NCBI GenBank assembly: GCA_000708835.1
Contig: DF237205.1
Location: forward strand, 56,601 to 120,600
DNA from: Klebsormidium nitens
Lineage: Eukaryota > Plantae > Klebsormidiophyceae
DNA: 64,000 nt
Direction of reading: 5' to 3'
The translations under genes were made by a program, and so were the position numbers. The notes below the pieces were generated by a model. That model ran no database searches, was not told where the DNA came from, and saw nothing but the letters and a program-made list of their open reading frames with translations. Numbering within the stretch: position 1 is the stretch's first letter; every line of letters begins with the position of its first letter. Positions 49,749-61,900 of the stretch are shown one piece after another.

Positions 49749-50179
49749 TTGAAGCCTCAACAGCTCAATGCAGCCAACGCCTGAGCTGCAAATCAACTTC
49801 CGGGTAAAGCATTCTGAAGAGATCCCTGCCTTGCTTCCCCCCAAAATCTGAGACTCTGAGAAATCAAACCCTCAGCCACCATTCTACGAACGGCAAGTCC
49901 TTCCGAGTTTGAATTTCAGGAATGTTTCTTCCCACACTGCTTCACTGTGGAGTAGCGCAGCTATCGCATTACAGCTGTTACAGTAGCTGCGTAGAGCTCT
50001 GTGAAGCTAGAGCTCTCAGTCTGCACGCAGGATCAAGTTCAACGTGCCAAGCTGCATAATGCATTCATGGGTACCGTTAGGTACATACCGGTATCCACTG
50101 GTCCACAATTCTGGTTACCCCTTAGGGTTACCGACTAACTCGACGGTACCAACTGCTAGGACCTCCTACCTCGCACCTA

Positions 50180-52990
50180 GAAAAAGCCTTCTGTCCGGAC
50201 GGAGTCTGCAGCAGCTGGCCATGGGCTCTATCCGAAACCCCTAGTATCCCTCAGAGTGACGGTGCTCCGACAGCTGTCACGACTCATGAGACCGAAAGCA
50301 GACATGCACGACTGGACGGTGCCGCCGGACGTTGTCCAATCCGGAACTTGTCCATACAGCAGTGTCCGACAGTGCCGTTGTCGAGCTTCCGTGCCGCACG
50401 CTCATCTGATCGTCGGTTTGCCTTCGTAATCACATCATGGTCCGGGGGCTCCCCCTCCGTCTGATCATTATCCACCAAAACGGTATCGAAGAAAACGGAC
50501 ACCACTCCGAGCACAAATGCGTGCCCCACCGCTATATTAAAAGGTGAAAGGGAAACCCCTTCAAGACATTGAAGTACGCCAGCATCTTTGCGATGCAGCA
50601 GCACACCCCCTTCACGCCAGGATGCTTCTCCGGTTCAATGTGAATCGAGACCCAGTTTTAAGTACGCTTGCTTCTCAGTATGGGCAAGGCGGCTTAAGTG
50701 GCCAGCACCAACCTTGAAAAGGACTTTCAAAGTCGATACAGTGATCCCCATATTCTGAATATATTCAGAGCGCGTATGTTCATAGGAACGAGACTCTTCA
50801 CCCGGAAGCGTTCTTGAAGTCTTTTTGAAGACCGTCATGAATCCGGGTCCTGATTTGCTGATTTATGGTGCTTCCGACCGTTTTGAATCGCGGTTCCATT
50901 CCGTAGCACGTGCTTCTGGTGCGTCAGATTCGGGGGGGCCTGTGCAAAGATCTCCCTTCCCGGGCCCCCCAAGATGTGCTGCGGTGCCGGACGCGCATGA
51001 CCGACGAAGAACGTGCGAAGGCCGCACCCTTCGTATTTGCACCCCTCCATCCAGCACTTGCCGCACCCCAGGATTGCCGCGACCATCACATGTTCGAAGA
51101 GCACGTTCTGTGCCAGGATGTCACAGGTGAAAATGCAGAATCAGGCGTGATGCTGGACGACTTCTCTCGCGAAGCTGACGACCAGCCGGACGACATGCAA
51201 AGGGCGAACTAATGATTCTTAGGAATGTCTGGCTTCTTGAAGGTCCCCAGGTTCGACAGACACTTTCTTGCAGGGGTGGATTCCTGACGTCATCGATTGA
51301 GTGCCTCTGAAAAGGAGCAACGCATCAGGACTGAACTTCAGTACTGAGCTCCTGCCTTTGAGATATCGCAGAAATGGGCTCATTGGAAACATAAACGCGT
51401 TCGTCAGATTCTTCCTCCCATGATCGAGGATCACGTCAGCAAAACATCGTAGAGAAAGATGCAAGGGCCAAACAGCACTCTTCCAAACCCCCTGAAACCG
51501 ACGAGTATTCAATCTGAAGTCAGGGTTCAAAAAGCGACAGCTGGCTTTGCCTAGATGCAACATCCACGTGCAGGAAAGATGCAATTGGGAAAGGTCTGCT
51601 CAACAAACACATGACGACCCCGAGCCACGACTGGCCAACCCGATCGATTGTGATTTCAGACCGCCTGCGATTGCCCGACCAGAAACAGCAGTTATAAATC
51701 TGGACAGTGCACTCATCACGATCGGTTCTGTCTTTATCAGAAGGTAACCTTTTCCGTAAACTCTCGAAGCACGTAAAATGGAAATTGAGGGAGAGTCGTT
51801 CCGGCCAATAACGTCAAAGATAATCGTTGGGTTCTTTGCATCAGGGTCGACACGGGAGGAGGACGTCTTAAGTTTTCCACGATGGTACAGTTGTCTTTGC
51901 AGAAGCCCTTTTCTTATTTCGAGTGGGGCCTTTCTGGCCGTACGAGAAGGCCTGCCTTCAAGTACTTCTGGCGGCACGGCACTGACGACGAGAAATTTGA
52001 TAGTCCTTGTCACGTCGTAACAGGCAAAGTTGAATGTGCAGCACTTTTCCGCAGGAAGGGACCCGGCGCTCCACAAAGCTCTGTCCCCCTTCAGGAAAGG
52101 TTGAAGGAGTATGCAAGTCTGCCCTTGAATCTGCTCCCCGGCCGATCGTCCGTCATGTCACCCGGAGTACTTCAACAATCGCCCAGGAAAGCTATCAATT
52201 TGCTCTTCGCTCCGAAATCCATCCTCGCAGGTTGACAAGACCCCTTTCGAGCGCGCCCAAGTCACGAAGAAGAGGGAATCCGTCCATCGCCTCATTCTGT
52301 TCATTGGCCAACAGCTAGTGACTGGAGATCGTTCGCGCCCGCAGCTCTGAGGCGCCTGGCCGAGCAAGTACGAGAGTCCGGAAGCTAAGTGGCTTGAATG
52401 TGCACGTTGGAGTGAAGTTCTAATTACTTTCTGAAAGACCTGGAATTCGGCAAGGGCTCTTACAGTCTATTGACCTCGTAGCTCAGATATTGGTCCAAAT
52501 CGATCAGATTCCTTGCAGAACTTGAAGAGGTCGAGACGGCAGTCAGGCAAAGTTGAGGAGACCGTTGAGAAGAACCTCCCTGAACCGTCCTGAATAGGAC
52601 AAACTCGGATCTTCTTCGGACCTTGTTCGTACATCGTACATACAAGTGTTTGCAGGCTCAAAGCGACCGCGCCTCGTATGCATCCAGACTCGCCTCGGAA
52701 TGAGCTGAGACCGTGTTCGGACAGTGCTCGGACTTGTTACGGACATCATGTATGAATCGTAAGGCGTCAAATCAATGTTATACGCAGTGTGTCGGACGTC
52801 ATCCGGACAGCCTACAGACAGCGGAAATCGTCCGGCACGTGTCCGTAAATTTAGTCGGCCACATGTTGCGGTCTGAAGCAGGTCCGACCTTTGTCCAGAA
52901 TCTGTCTGAACCAGTCCGGCCCTGGTCCGAGCCCTGTCTGACCAGCTCGGACCAGATTCGGACAAAGGATCTATCACAATGGACGGCCTG
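50180..52990. mobile_element. Possible decayed mobile element or coding relic of unknown family
   Basis: One minus-strand frame (52367 to 50835) is broken by only a few stops, and both flanks are enriched in CGGAC/GTCCG motifs. No TIR, TSD or diagnostic transposase motif was recognised. Confidence 0.3.
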
Positions 52991-54044
52991 ATGTTGCTGT
53001 TGCATCTCTTGCCGCAAGCATGCACAATTAGAATCAGCGCTTCGAACTTTTTGTGGGGTACAAGCAAGGTGCGTGGCACTAAACATCCGCAATGCCTCTG
53101 AACATAAGTTGCGCGCCAGATGGCGGTTGAATCCGAGGCTCATGGCACGTGTTTATCAGAGATCGACTTCTCGAGGCAGGTTTGCATATAATGCACCTTG
53201 TGGTGCATCTTCCGACCTTCCTTTTCACATTTTTCACACTGTCGACGGAAGCAGTCCGACACCAATTCATCTCACCCTTATCCTTCAAAAAGCCAGTCGC
53301 TGTGTATTGCATACGCTATCCCTAAAACATCCTTTTTTCAGAGCGACACAATTCAATACTGCTATAGAGCTTAGGAATTGCTATGTATAAGTATAGTGTC
53401 CGCTGTCACTCACTCATGCACGCTACTCGGTTAACGGGCCAATGTGAAAGGAGAGTATATGTATTCCAAAAACAAGCTGAATCGCACAGCTCTATTGCTA
53501 GCCGCCTCTTACTGGCACCACACCACACAACAAACCACACATGCATTCAGTCATTACTGTACAGTTACTATTGCGGCACCATTATATGCCCTCTCCTCTT
53601 CGCCTCGCCTTTTAGTTTAAATCACGCCGCACGCCGCTTGGTGCCAACGTGCCTTCGTTCTGCGCGGAAGGGGCCGCTCACTTCAGAGCTCGAAGCGAGA
53701 GTAGATTGCGTTCACCTGGCAAAAGGCACCGTCGCGGATCAGTTCAATATCAAAGTCAAAGAGGGACGTCCGTTTAGACCCATCAATCAACGCGCAGCAC
53801 TTGGAACGTCACGACACAACCATGAGCTCTGCCACGGCTGCCCTAGTATGAAGTTGGACGTGAAGTTCGCTTAAGCGGACCGACCTTTGAAACTAGCTGG
53901 AGCCGTGCTTGTTGCCTGGAATTAGGGTACGCTTCTTTGCTCAGGTTGCCAAAAGTTGGACCGTTGTCGAGACACATGCTCTTAACGCTGGCAACGCGAT
54001 GTGTGCGTGGTCGGCGCAGCTGCCTGATCTGGCTGCCTGTTCTT

Positions 54045-55870
54045 GCGGAGTTCACGTGCACTGATCAAAGGCTCAAAGCTTCCTCACCCAAGCTGGGGCT
54101 CTGGGGTTCAAAAGTAACGGCGACCACTCTTCAGCAGCCGAGTCGCCGAGCCCTTCGAATGATGTTGCGGGTGGGCCCGCCTGGGGGGCGTCGGGATCGA
54201 CGGCGATAAAGAACGTTGGGGCACGTGTCGCCGGCTGCGAGACCGGCTATGCACAGTCAGCTTGAGGACGCTTTGGAGTAGATTTCAGGTTGCATCAAGC
54301 ACAAGCTTACCACGCGGAAAACGATTCCCGCAGAGCGCTTCCAATTGAGTTCCTTGAAACGACCTGTGACCTCATCACTGAAAGCCTGCCATCCATCAAA
54401 CGTGGAGCGCCCGCTTCCCGCGGCTCTGCCTGGCTTTCAGTGACGGCCAAGAGACGGCAGAAGAATAGCGGGAAACAATGTCAATTGAAAGGCGGTGTCC
54501 CTTCTTGACAGGTCCCTCAGCTCACCTTCTCAATGGTTGCAAGCGTCTGACTGGTCGCCATCAGGTTGTCGAAATCGAAGCAGGTCGACCCCTCGCCCGA
54601 GAGGAACCCTTCGACGCTCATGTCGCTACGCCAGTCTACGCCGTCAAGGGTTGGAGTTTCGGGTACTTCCTCCACCTACATCAGAGCATCCGAAGAACGT
54701 AAGTCAGCCACTGTATGGTAGATACTACTAGCGCGTTGGAGCACGTGAATCGACAGGTCCCTCAGTTGAAGAAAGATTGCCCAAGCGAGGAGTGACAAGC
54801 CGAGCCAATGGAGGGAGAACCGATTTTGTTTCAGAGGCTGCTGTAAGCGAAAGGGGATTGGCTGACATTTTCAAGAAGGAACCGTCTGAGACTGTGCTGT
54901 TCAGATCAAGCGAAGCTGATTTCACAACAGGAAGCCATGACGGCAGCATGATGCTCCGGGTTCGACGTTAGCACAGCTCTGCCCCTGGGCGCACCTCGCG
55001 CGCCGCGCGCCCACCTTGTTCTGATGTAATCGCTGAGTTTGATCTCTATGATTCGCTTGAGACAAGGAAATTTTCTCGTGTGGTGATTTTATATCCCACA
55101 TGGTCGCTAGTGCGGCTCGTGGCGGCAGCGGGCAAGGTTGCTCTAGCTGCCTTGTTTTTGCAAAGAGCTTGCCGCGAAGTTCGCGTGCACTGGTCAAAGG
55201 CTCAAAGCGTCCTCACCCAAGCCGGGGCTCTGGGATTCAGAATCAACGGCGACCAGTCTTCAGCAGCCAAATCGCCGAGCCCTCCGAATGTTGCTGCGGG
55301 TGGGCCTGCGTAGGGGGCGTCGGGATCGACGGGGATGAAGAGCGCTGGGGCACGTGTCGCAGGCTGCGAGACCGGACATGCACAGTCAGCTCGAGGACGC
55401 CCGGGAGTACATCACACACGAGCTTTGCGAAGCGGAGACGGTACTCGCAAAACGAACTTAACCGTCCTCATTACGTAGGTTGTCACGAATTGACGTCCTC
55501 AAATATCGGAATGCCACTCTCTTGCACGTGGAGCGCCCGTTATCCGCGATCCTGCCTGGCTTTCAATAATGGGCGCCAACTGCAGAAAATGAGTTTGAAC
55601 GATGACAGAGGAACGACAAGAGAGGCGGTGTCCCTTCTCGAGAGTTTTTCTCAGCTCACCTGCTCACTAATTGGGAACGTATCGTCCGTCGCCGTCAGAG
55701 ACAGGCTGTCAATGGAGAAGTCAGAAGACCCCTCGGTTGAAGGGGAACCATCGACGCTCATGTCGGTTGGCCAGTCTTCACCCTCATGGGGTTGAGAGTC
55801 GGGAGCTTCGTCCCCCTACATCAAAGAATTCGCAAAACGGAGATCAGCCACTGTGTGAAGTTTGGTTCCG
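54045..55870. repeat. About 700-bp direct duplication (offset about 1.13 kb) containing two exons and flanking intron sequence
   Basis: 54047-54275 aligns to 55178-55400 and 54400-54715 aligns to 55525-55855. Confidence 0.95.
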
Positions 55871-57677
55871 TCCGATCGTGGGAGCAGTATGCACGTGCCT
55901 CGAAGGAAGAAAAATTCGGTTTCAAGGTTTGCTTCAGCCATCAGTGACAGGGTGAGCCCTTTTAGCAGAACTGAGGGTTTCTCCTTCTCAAAGCAATCTG
56001 TTCTACATTCATTTGAGTAAGATAGTTTCGAAGCAACGCGCCCTCTCGTTTTTCAAGACGGCCTCCCTGCAAGAGCAAGACTGTAAAATCCAAGATACAT
56101 GGAGGGCTACCTGGAAGATGCAAACGACGAACCTGTGACCATACGAGACTCAAATGTGACGTCCTCGGATCCAATGCGGTGTTTCCAAACCGGGTCGAAG
56201 GACACGCTCAGAATTTCTATTCTGAACCAGAGCTCTTCTCACCTGCGGGGTCAAGGGCGCCGGCGGGTCGTCCGCGACTGCGGGCAGCAGCGGCGCGCGC
56301 GCAGCAAGCGCGTCCTCCATTGCTTGAAAGACCAGGTAGAGTCTGGCCAGTGTGTGGGGCCCCACTTTTTCGACATCCGGGCCGTCGAAGGCGGCCTGGA
56401 AATCGGCCAGCAACGCCGCGTCATCAGCCGCCTTCCCGAGCAGGAAGTCGATGCCGTCCAGGCACTCGGCCTTTGTGATCTCCTGACCGCGCCCCACGGC
56501 TTTGGGCTGCTTCTCTTTCTTGGGCGTCGGCTTCGCGGGCGACTTGTCTGACTCCTCTTCCGCAGCCACCTTGTCCTTCTTCGCCTCTTCTTTCTCCTCC
56601 TTCTTCAGCAGGAGCTTCTCCTTCCGTTCTTCCGAGACGAAATCCTCCCACTTTGCTTCCTTCTGCAGCGTCGAAAGGAGACGCGTGCTAAAGTAAAACT
56701 TCCCATACTTCGTGCAATTTACGAAGCACTCGAGCCTTGCAAGCAATTAGGGCCCCATGACTCTTCATGCCTCGATGTTACATTATCCAATGCCTCTATT
56801 GTCGTCCTCAATCTGAAGTATCACAGAACTTAAGGAATTGGCTGCTAGTAGCAGATTTACCCAGACTCAAGTATTTACTCTTACCTTGCCAACAGACTTC
56901 TGGTAGGGCTGGAACATTTTCAGCAGCACTGATTTCAAAGCTGCAGACGTCGCCACTCCATGGAAGACCGTGGCTGCAGGCCTCAGCCTTCGTCTGCCGA
57001 GAGGAGCTGCCTCGGTGACCGAAAGACTCCTGGAAGTGATGTGAGGCCCGGGTCTCAATATCCAACAAGGTCCTCGTTAGACTCCAGCTCGATCACTCTG
57101 AAGCCGAGAAAGCTTACGTCATAGCTCCTCTATGTGAGAAACCAGGGCTCTTGAAGTCTGAGAGAAGGCAAGCTCAGCTGCCAAGATCCAGGGAAGCGCG
57201 TTCAAGAACAACGTTGCTTTGCAATATATTCGCTGTATGAGAGCTTCTCCTCTGAGTTGCCGGTTGCCTTCATCAGATTGCAGTCTTGCAGCTTGGTGAC
57301 GAGCCTATCCCGTGTGATCGCCTAAGTCATCAGAACCAGGAACATATATGCTTGCACACGACAAGTTGACACAGGATCATCTCATTCTGAATTGTCAAAA
57401 AATGGATGTCCAAGGACTGCCTTGCTGTGCGTAACGATTCCTCAATTGAGCAATTGATGTAGCAAGCACAAATCACATACAGCGTTCAAACTTCAAACTT
57501 GAAAGGGGATCCCAGCTGCATGCTTACGCACCCAGAATAAAGTAATGCTGGACCTGAATCATGTGGAAGAACTTACTTGAGTGCAGCCACGTGGGGAGAG
57601 CTTACGATCTTGAGCAGGACGGTGACATATTCAGGTGACACCTTTCCTTCATGAATCACTTGCTTCAGTTGGGCCAT
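54088..57677 (-). CDS. Hypothetical protein with Lys/Glu-rich region and tandemly duplicated acidic/Pro-rich exon pair
   Basis: Proposed exons 57677-57606, 57321-57261 (needs a GC donor, uncertain), 57157-57118, 56993-56885, 56662-56243, 55815-55660, 55363-55217, 54675-54526, 54234-54088. The terminal exon is unresolved (acceptor near 53985 would give R-stop). Exons from 56993 onward have canonical sites and consistent phases. Confidence 0.6.
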
Positions 57678-58906
57678 CTCGCCTTCTCCCTTTCTATTCT
57701 GTACTGCGAGGGAGGCCATCTCCTGTTCCCAGCTTTAGGGAGCTTGTAGATAGCCTGACTTTGTGTGCAAGCAGAGCGCTGAAAAGCTCAAGAATCTGCT
57801 CTAGCAAGCTGTGTACAAACTTAACTGAAGAATCAATCTGAGGGGGCGTCGGAAGCTGATTTGCTGCACTACCCGCCTTTGCAATCGGACGGCGCCAACA
57901 GCCTCATATTTCTCTTGCACGGCGCCGGCGCCCGCACATGTCGGCACTCCAGTCCTGGCTGGATAACTAAATTACAGGTGCCTCTCTGCATCAAGCGCTT
58001 TTGAAAAAAGCTGGTCGGATTCTCTATTGGTTGTAAACTCGTTTTTAATGAGCTCATGATCTCATGAGTATTGATCAAGCTCGACCACGAGGAAGCACTC
58101 AGGAAGCTGGCTGTCGGGCTGACTGCCAAGTCCGAACGGAGCCGATCGATGCAGTCGATCGATCATCGATGCACAACATGACTGCGAGCGAATATACACA
58201 CCCTACACTCACTGCCGCCGGCCGTGACAGCCATCGGTCCGAGACGCCCCGGGCTGTCGTAGGCTCCGCAGGAGCTCCTTCAAAGCTGGATCTTGAGGCA
58301 TCGGTAGGCTCGGGCTCCATAGCCCGAAGGCGACGACTGTCCAATAATTGCATCATTAATTGCGAAGTACACTCGAAACTTACATTTCACGTTAGAAAAG
58401 ATTCTTTTGAGATCCGAACCAACCGGGCAAGCAAACAAAAAATCCTAACCAACAGAAATACTCGCTCTGGACCCAACCCCGCCCTAACCACCAAGCCAAC
58501 CTTACTTGTCTCCCGGGCGCCTATTTTAATTGAAGCGGGGGTTGCCAGAGTCTACGAGGTCGATCGATCCGCATCTCTCGGATCTTTGACGTCAGTCGAT
58601 GGCGGTCGAAGATCGACTCCGGCGATGAGCGTCGGAGCTGAACATTTGTTTGTGCCGGGTGCTGGACGTGTCGGACTCGTAGATGAGAAGATGTTGACAA
58701 CTTTTTTAAGAGGGAACTTCCCTGGGAAGCTTGCTGTTTATTGCCATGATTATTGCTGTCTTCAGAGTCCTGACGTTTCAGAGGGTGCTTGTGCGATGTA
58801 CCAACTACAAAGGACTTGGCTGAATAAATGCGTCTGGACCATACCTTCGGGCGGTCTTTCTTTGATCTGACAATCTGAGAGGTTGCTATATTCAACAGTA
58901 GATAGT

Positions 58907-61900
58907 ATGGCAGAAGCCGCGTTCTGTCAAGAAGAGGAAGCGCTAAGAAACGGTTTGATTAATTTGACAGAGGGGGAAAAGAGTATCTTTGAGAAGCTCA
59001 AGAAGTTCTGGAGGCGCCAGGGGCACCTCCCAAACAATTTCTTTGTCGCCGAGAGGTCGTTCTGGCCACTTGGGAAAAGTCAGAAGCGTGTGGTGGAATT
59101 GGTTGATGGGGACCAACCACAAGCCAATGCTGTGTATAAGCCAGGGGTTCCTATCAAAGTTCATGCTGCAAAGTTGGTCTCTGCAGTTTTAGACATCTGT
59201 CGGGAGGAGTCCCCCTCTACAGGATGGAAATGGAGCCAGAGACACTGGCAACAGGTGTCAACAAAGGTCATCGGCACTTGTACAGAGACGCTCACAGCAG
59301 AGCTTGAGGATTTTGGACGCGAGCAAAAGCTTCACTTGCAAGAATTCTTAATTGGGGAGCTAGGAGTGGGGGATGTTGCTGTGCCGGAGCCTGGTTGTCT
59401 ACCTGGGCGGGCGTCTTCTCCGCGTAAAGTCAAAGGTAATCTGCAGTACCTTATTGGTTTCCCTGCTCAAAAGCACAGCGAAGTTTCTGTTATGAGCAGC
59501 CAGATACCACCTCGGCTGTGTGTATTTCCATCTAGGCTGGGTATAGTGGCAACTTAGCTTGACAGCAAGCTCCTCAAAACCTCTCTTCCAGAGCAATGTT
59601 GCAGCAGTGCATCACTTTGAGATTCTTATGAATTTGACTTGATATACTCTTCCAATAGCGACCTCATGTCTTGGCTAGTTGAAGGGGCACCAAAGCCTTC
59701 ACCTTTTCGGAAGAATCTGTGAGCAATATCCGAGAGCGCTCCCTCACGACCTTTCGCTAAGAATTGTGAGTTTCTGCGTGACGCCTTATGAAGGCTACAG
59801 CTCTTTGGCAGTCACTTTGCTCTGATCTGGGAGCTAAACAATGCATGATTTCTGTATCAAAAGTATGCCAGCAGTCATTGCTTGAGCAAACAATAACAAG
59901 CAACCAATTGCCAACAACATGGCGGAAGGGCCGGATGTGTCGCCTTGCTGGGTCTGCTGATTTACAGCGATCCTCACCTTCATTCTCCCTTCCTTTCCTA
60001 TCAATCCAGATGCAAATCAAAGGGAGCCAGTCGGCGACCTGGGGTCTCCCGGCAGTTCGCAGGTCACCCATGCTCGACGCGACGACATGGAAGGTTCTCT
60101 TAGCCATCACGAATCCTTTTGGGAAGATTTCCCTGGTTTCGCTGTTGAGCCTGTTGCGCAAAACCAGCCCAAAACAGTCTGCAATCCTCCCTGGAACGAA
60201 AGGTCCGCAGGCGAGGCCACACCAGGAGGGACTGTATCGGACCCTCTCACAACAGAGTTCAATCGCCACAAAGACACCTCACCAGTGCTCCGGCTCGCTG
60301 GAGCTCACACGGCGTTGGCCTTCGAAGTGCAGAAGCACTATGGCTCGGACACTTCTGAGCTGACGCTTCCACAAATTTTAGAATTTGGGGTCATGTTAAG
60401 CAAGCGAATGGACAGCGGCAAAGGGCTGGAGTCAGCAGATCAGTTCTATGTGAGGGGCCTGTGCGATTTGTTGTCCTTAGTCTGTGTCCTGGACCGCGTG
60501 CTTTCGCTGCGTCTATGCTCGGTGATTAAAAGGGTGCTGAAGGGCCCACATGAACCCCAGCCAAGCGGGTTTTCGGAAGGCGATGACGATGGGGACTCAG
60601 AGGGGGACAAAGGCAACAACAATGGGGAAGGGCCTCCAGCCAGAAAGGGAGGAGGACGCGGAGGCAGAGGCGGAGGCAGTGGCGGCGGTGGTCCTGCAAG
60701 AGGAGGAGGCAAACCAGGAGGAGGACAAGGAGGCAGAGGCGGCAGAGGTGGTGCAACAGGAAGACGCAAACAGGGAAGAGGTAGGACAGTCAGCGGAAAC
60801 TCTGGAGACGTTGATCACAGTCCTGTCCAAGGAACCGAATCGCCTGCGAGCCAGAGGAGCGCAGCCGGGGCGCAGGGAAGCAGTCCTGCAGAGGAGGGTG
60901 CGGTGGCCTACTCGGACGGGATGAGCTTCTCCGAGGACAATGGAGAGGAACACGGAGCAGTGTCTAGTGGCTCTTCAGAGCATTCTGCCGACGCAACCTC
61001 AGGGTTGCAGCCCATGGACACCGCGGTGAGATGCAGGAGCTGTCCACTTTGTAGGCAAGTTTGAGCCATATTGTGCGGAAGCATTGTCTGGCTCTTTCAT
61101 AGAAGCGTCCATGCTATCGTCTTTTGCTTTTGAAAAGTATGCGCTGTTGTTACGCTCATCCCTCTTTTGCATCATCGTCTCCATAATGGACCTCATCTTC
61201 ACGAGGTCTTGGCTCAGCGGGCGCTTCCTTCTGCAAATCTTTCCCAACTTTATCCGAAGCAGGTTTGGCCTCTGGAGAGGAGATTCTACTCAGGAATCTG
61301 TACTTGTGGACCTGCCTCTCTTTCTCTGCTGACCTTTGACGCTCCTCCTTTATGCAGGAGTCGGCACTGGGGCCTGCTGAAGACATGTGCGGGAGCAGTG
61401 CTCACGCCATCTCGGAATTGGCTGTGGAACGCTGTCGGGCAGCATGTCATGGTAAGAGCGTGGGGGCTTGTCGACGCCCAGCACTGTTCCCATCCCTCCT
61501 TGCAGTGCCATTGATGTTTTTGAGTAGAACAGATTTTGTACCCGCTTTGTGAAGCTACAAGTTGCATGCCTGCATATACGGCTTTATGTACCATTCAGGG
61601 GTCTCCTGTCATCCCTTCCCTACAGCAACTATCTGCAAGGAGAGCGAGTGCCGCTGCCGTTGACTCCTCTGAGCAGAATAGTTGTTGTACCCGCTTCATG
61701 GAACTTCATTGATTGCATATCCACATAAGACAAACTTGTGAAACATTCTCAAGTTGCCTGTTGTCTCTTCTTTACAGCAACTCTCTGCAAGGAGAGCAAG
61801 CGCCGCTGCCAAGGAAGTGAACTCAGAGGGTTTGGAGGAGCGCACGCTCGAGTGAGTCTCTGGACCAGCTTTTGAGTCCCTCCTGCTGCAACCACCAGTC

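Noticed and set aside
50635-50838. Tyrosine-recombinase-like H..R / GH...Y residues
   Set aside because: Spacing does not match the HxxR and H/W-x8-Y consensus, so it is not enough to call a Crypton/DIRS element.
58064-58870. 268-aa plus-strand ORF
   Set aside because: Low-information composition, located in the divergent promoter/5' leader region, and not joinable by canonical splicing to the downstream exons.
60999-61386. Charged minus-strand ORFs inside the right-hand gene's intron
   Set aside because: Short, overlapping in different frames, with no family similarity or splice support.
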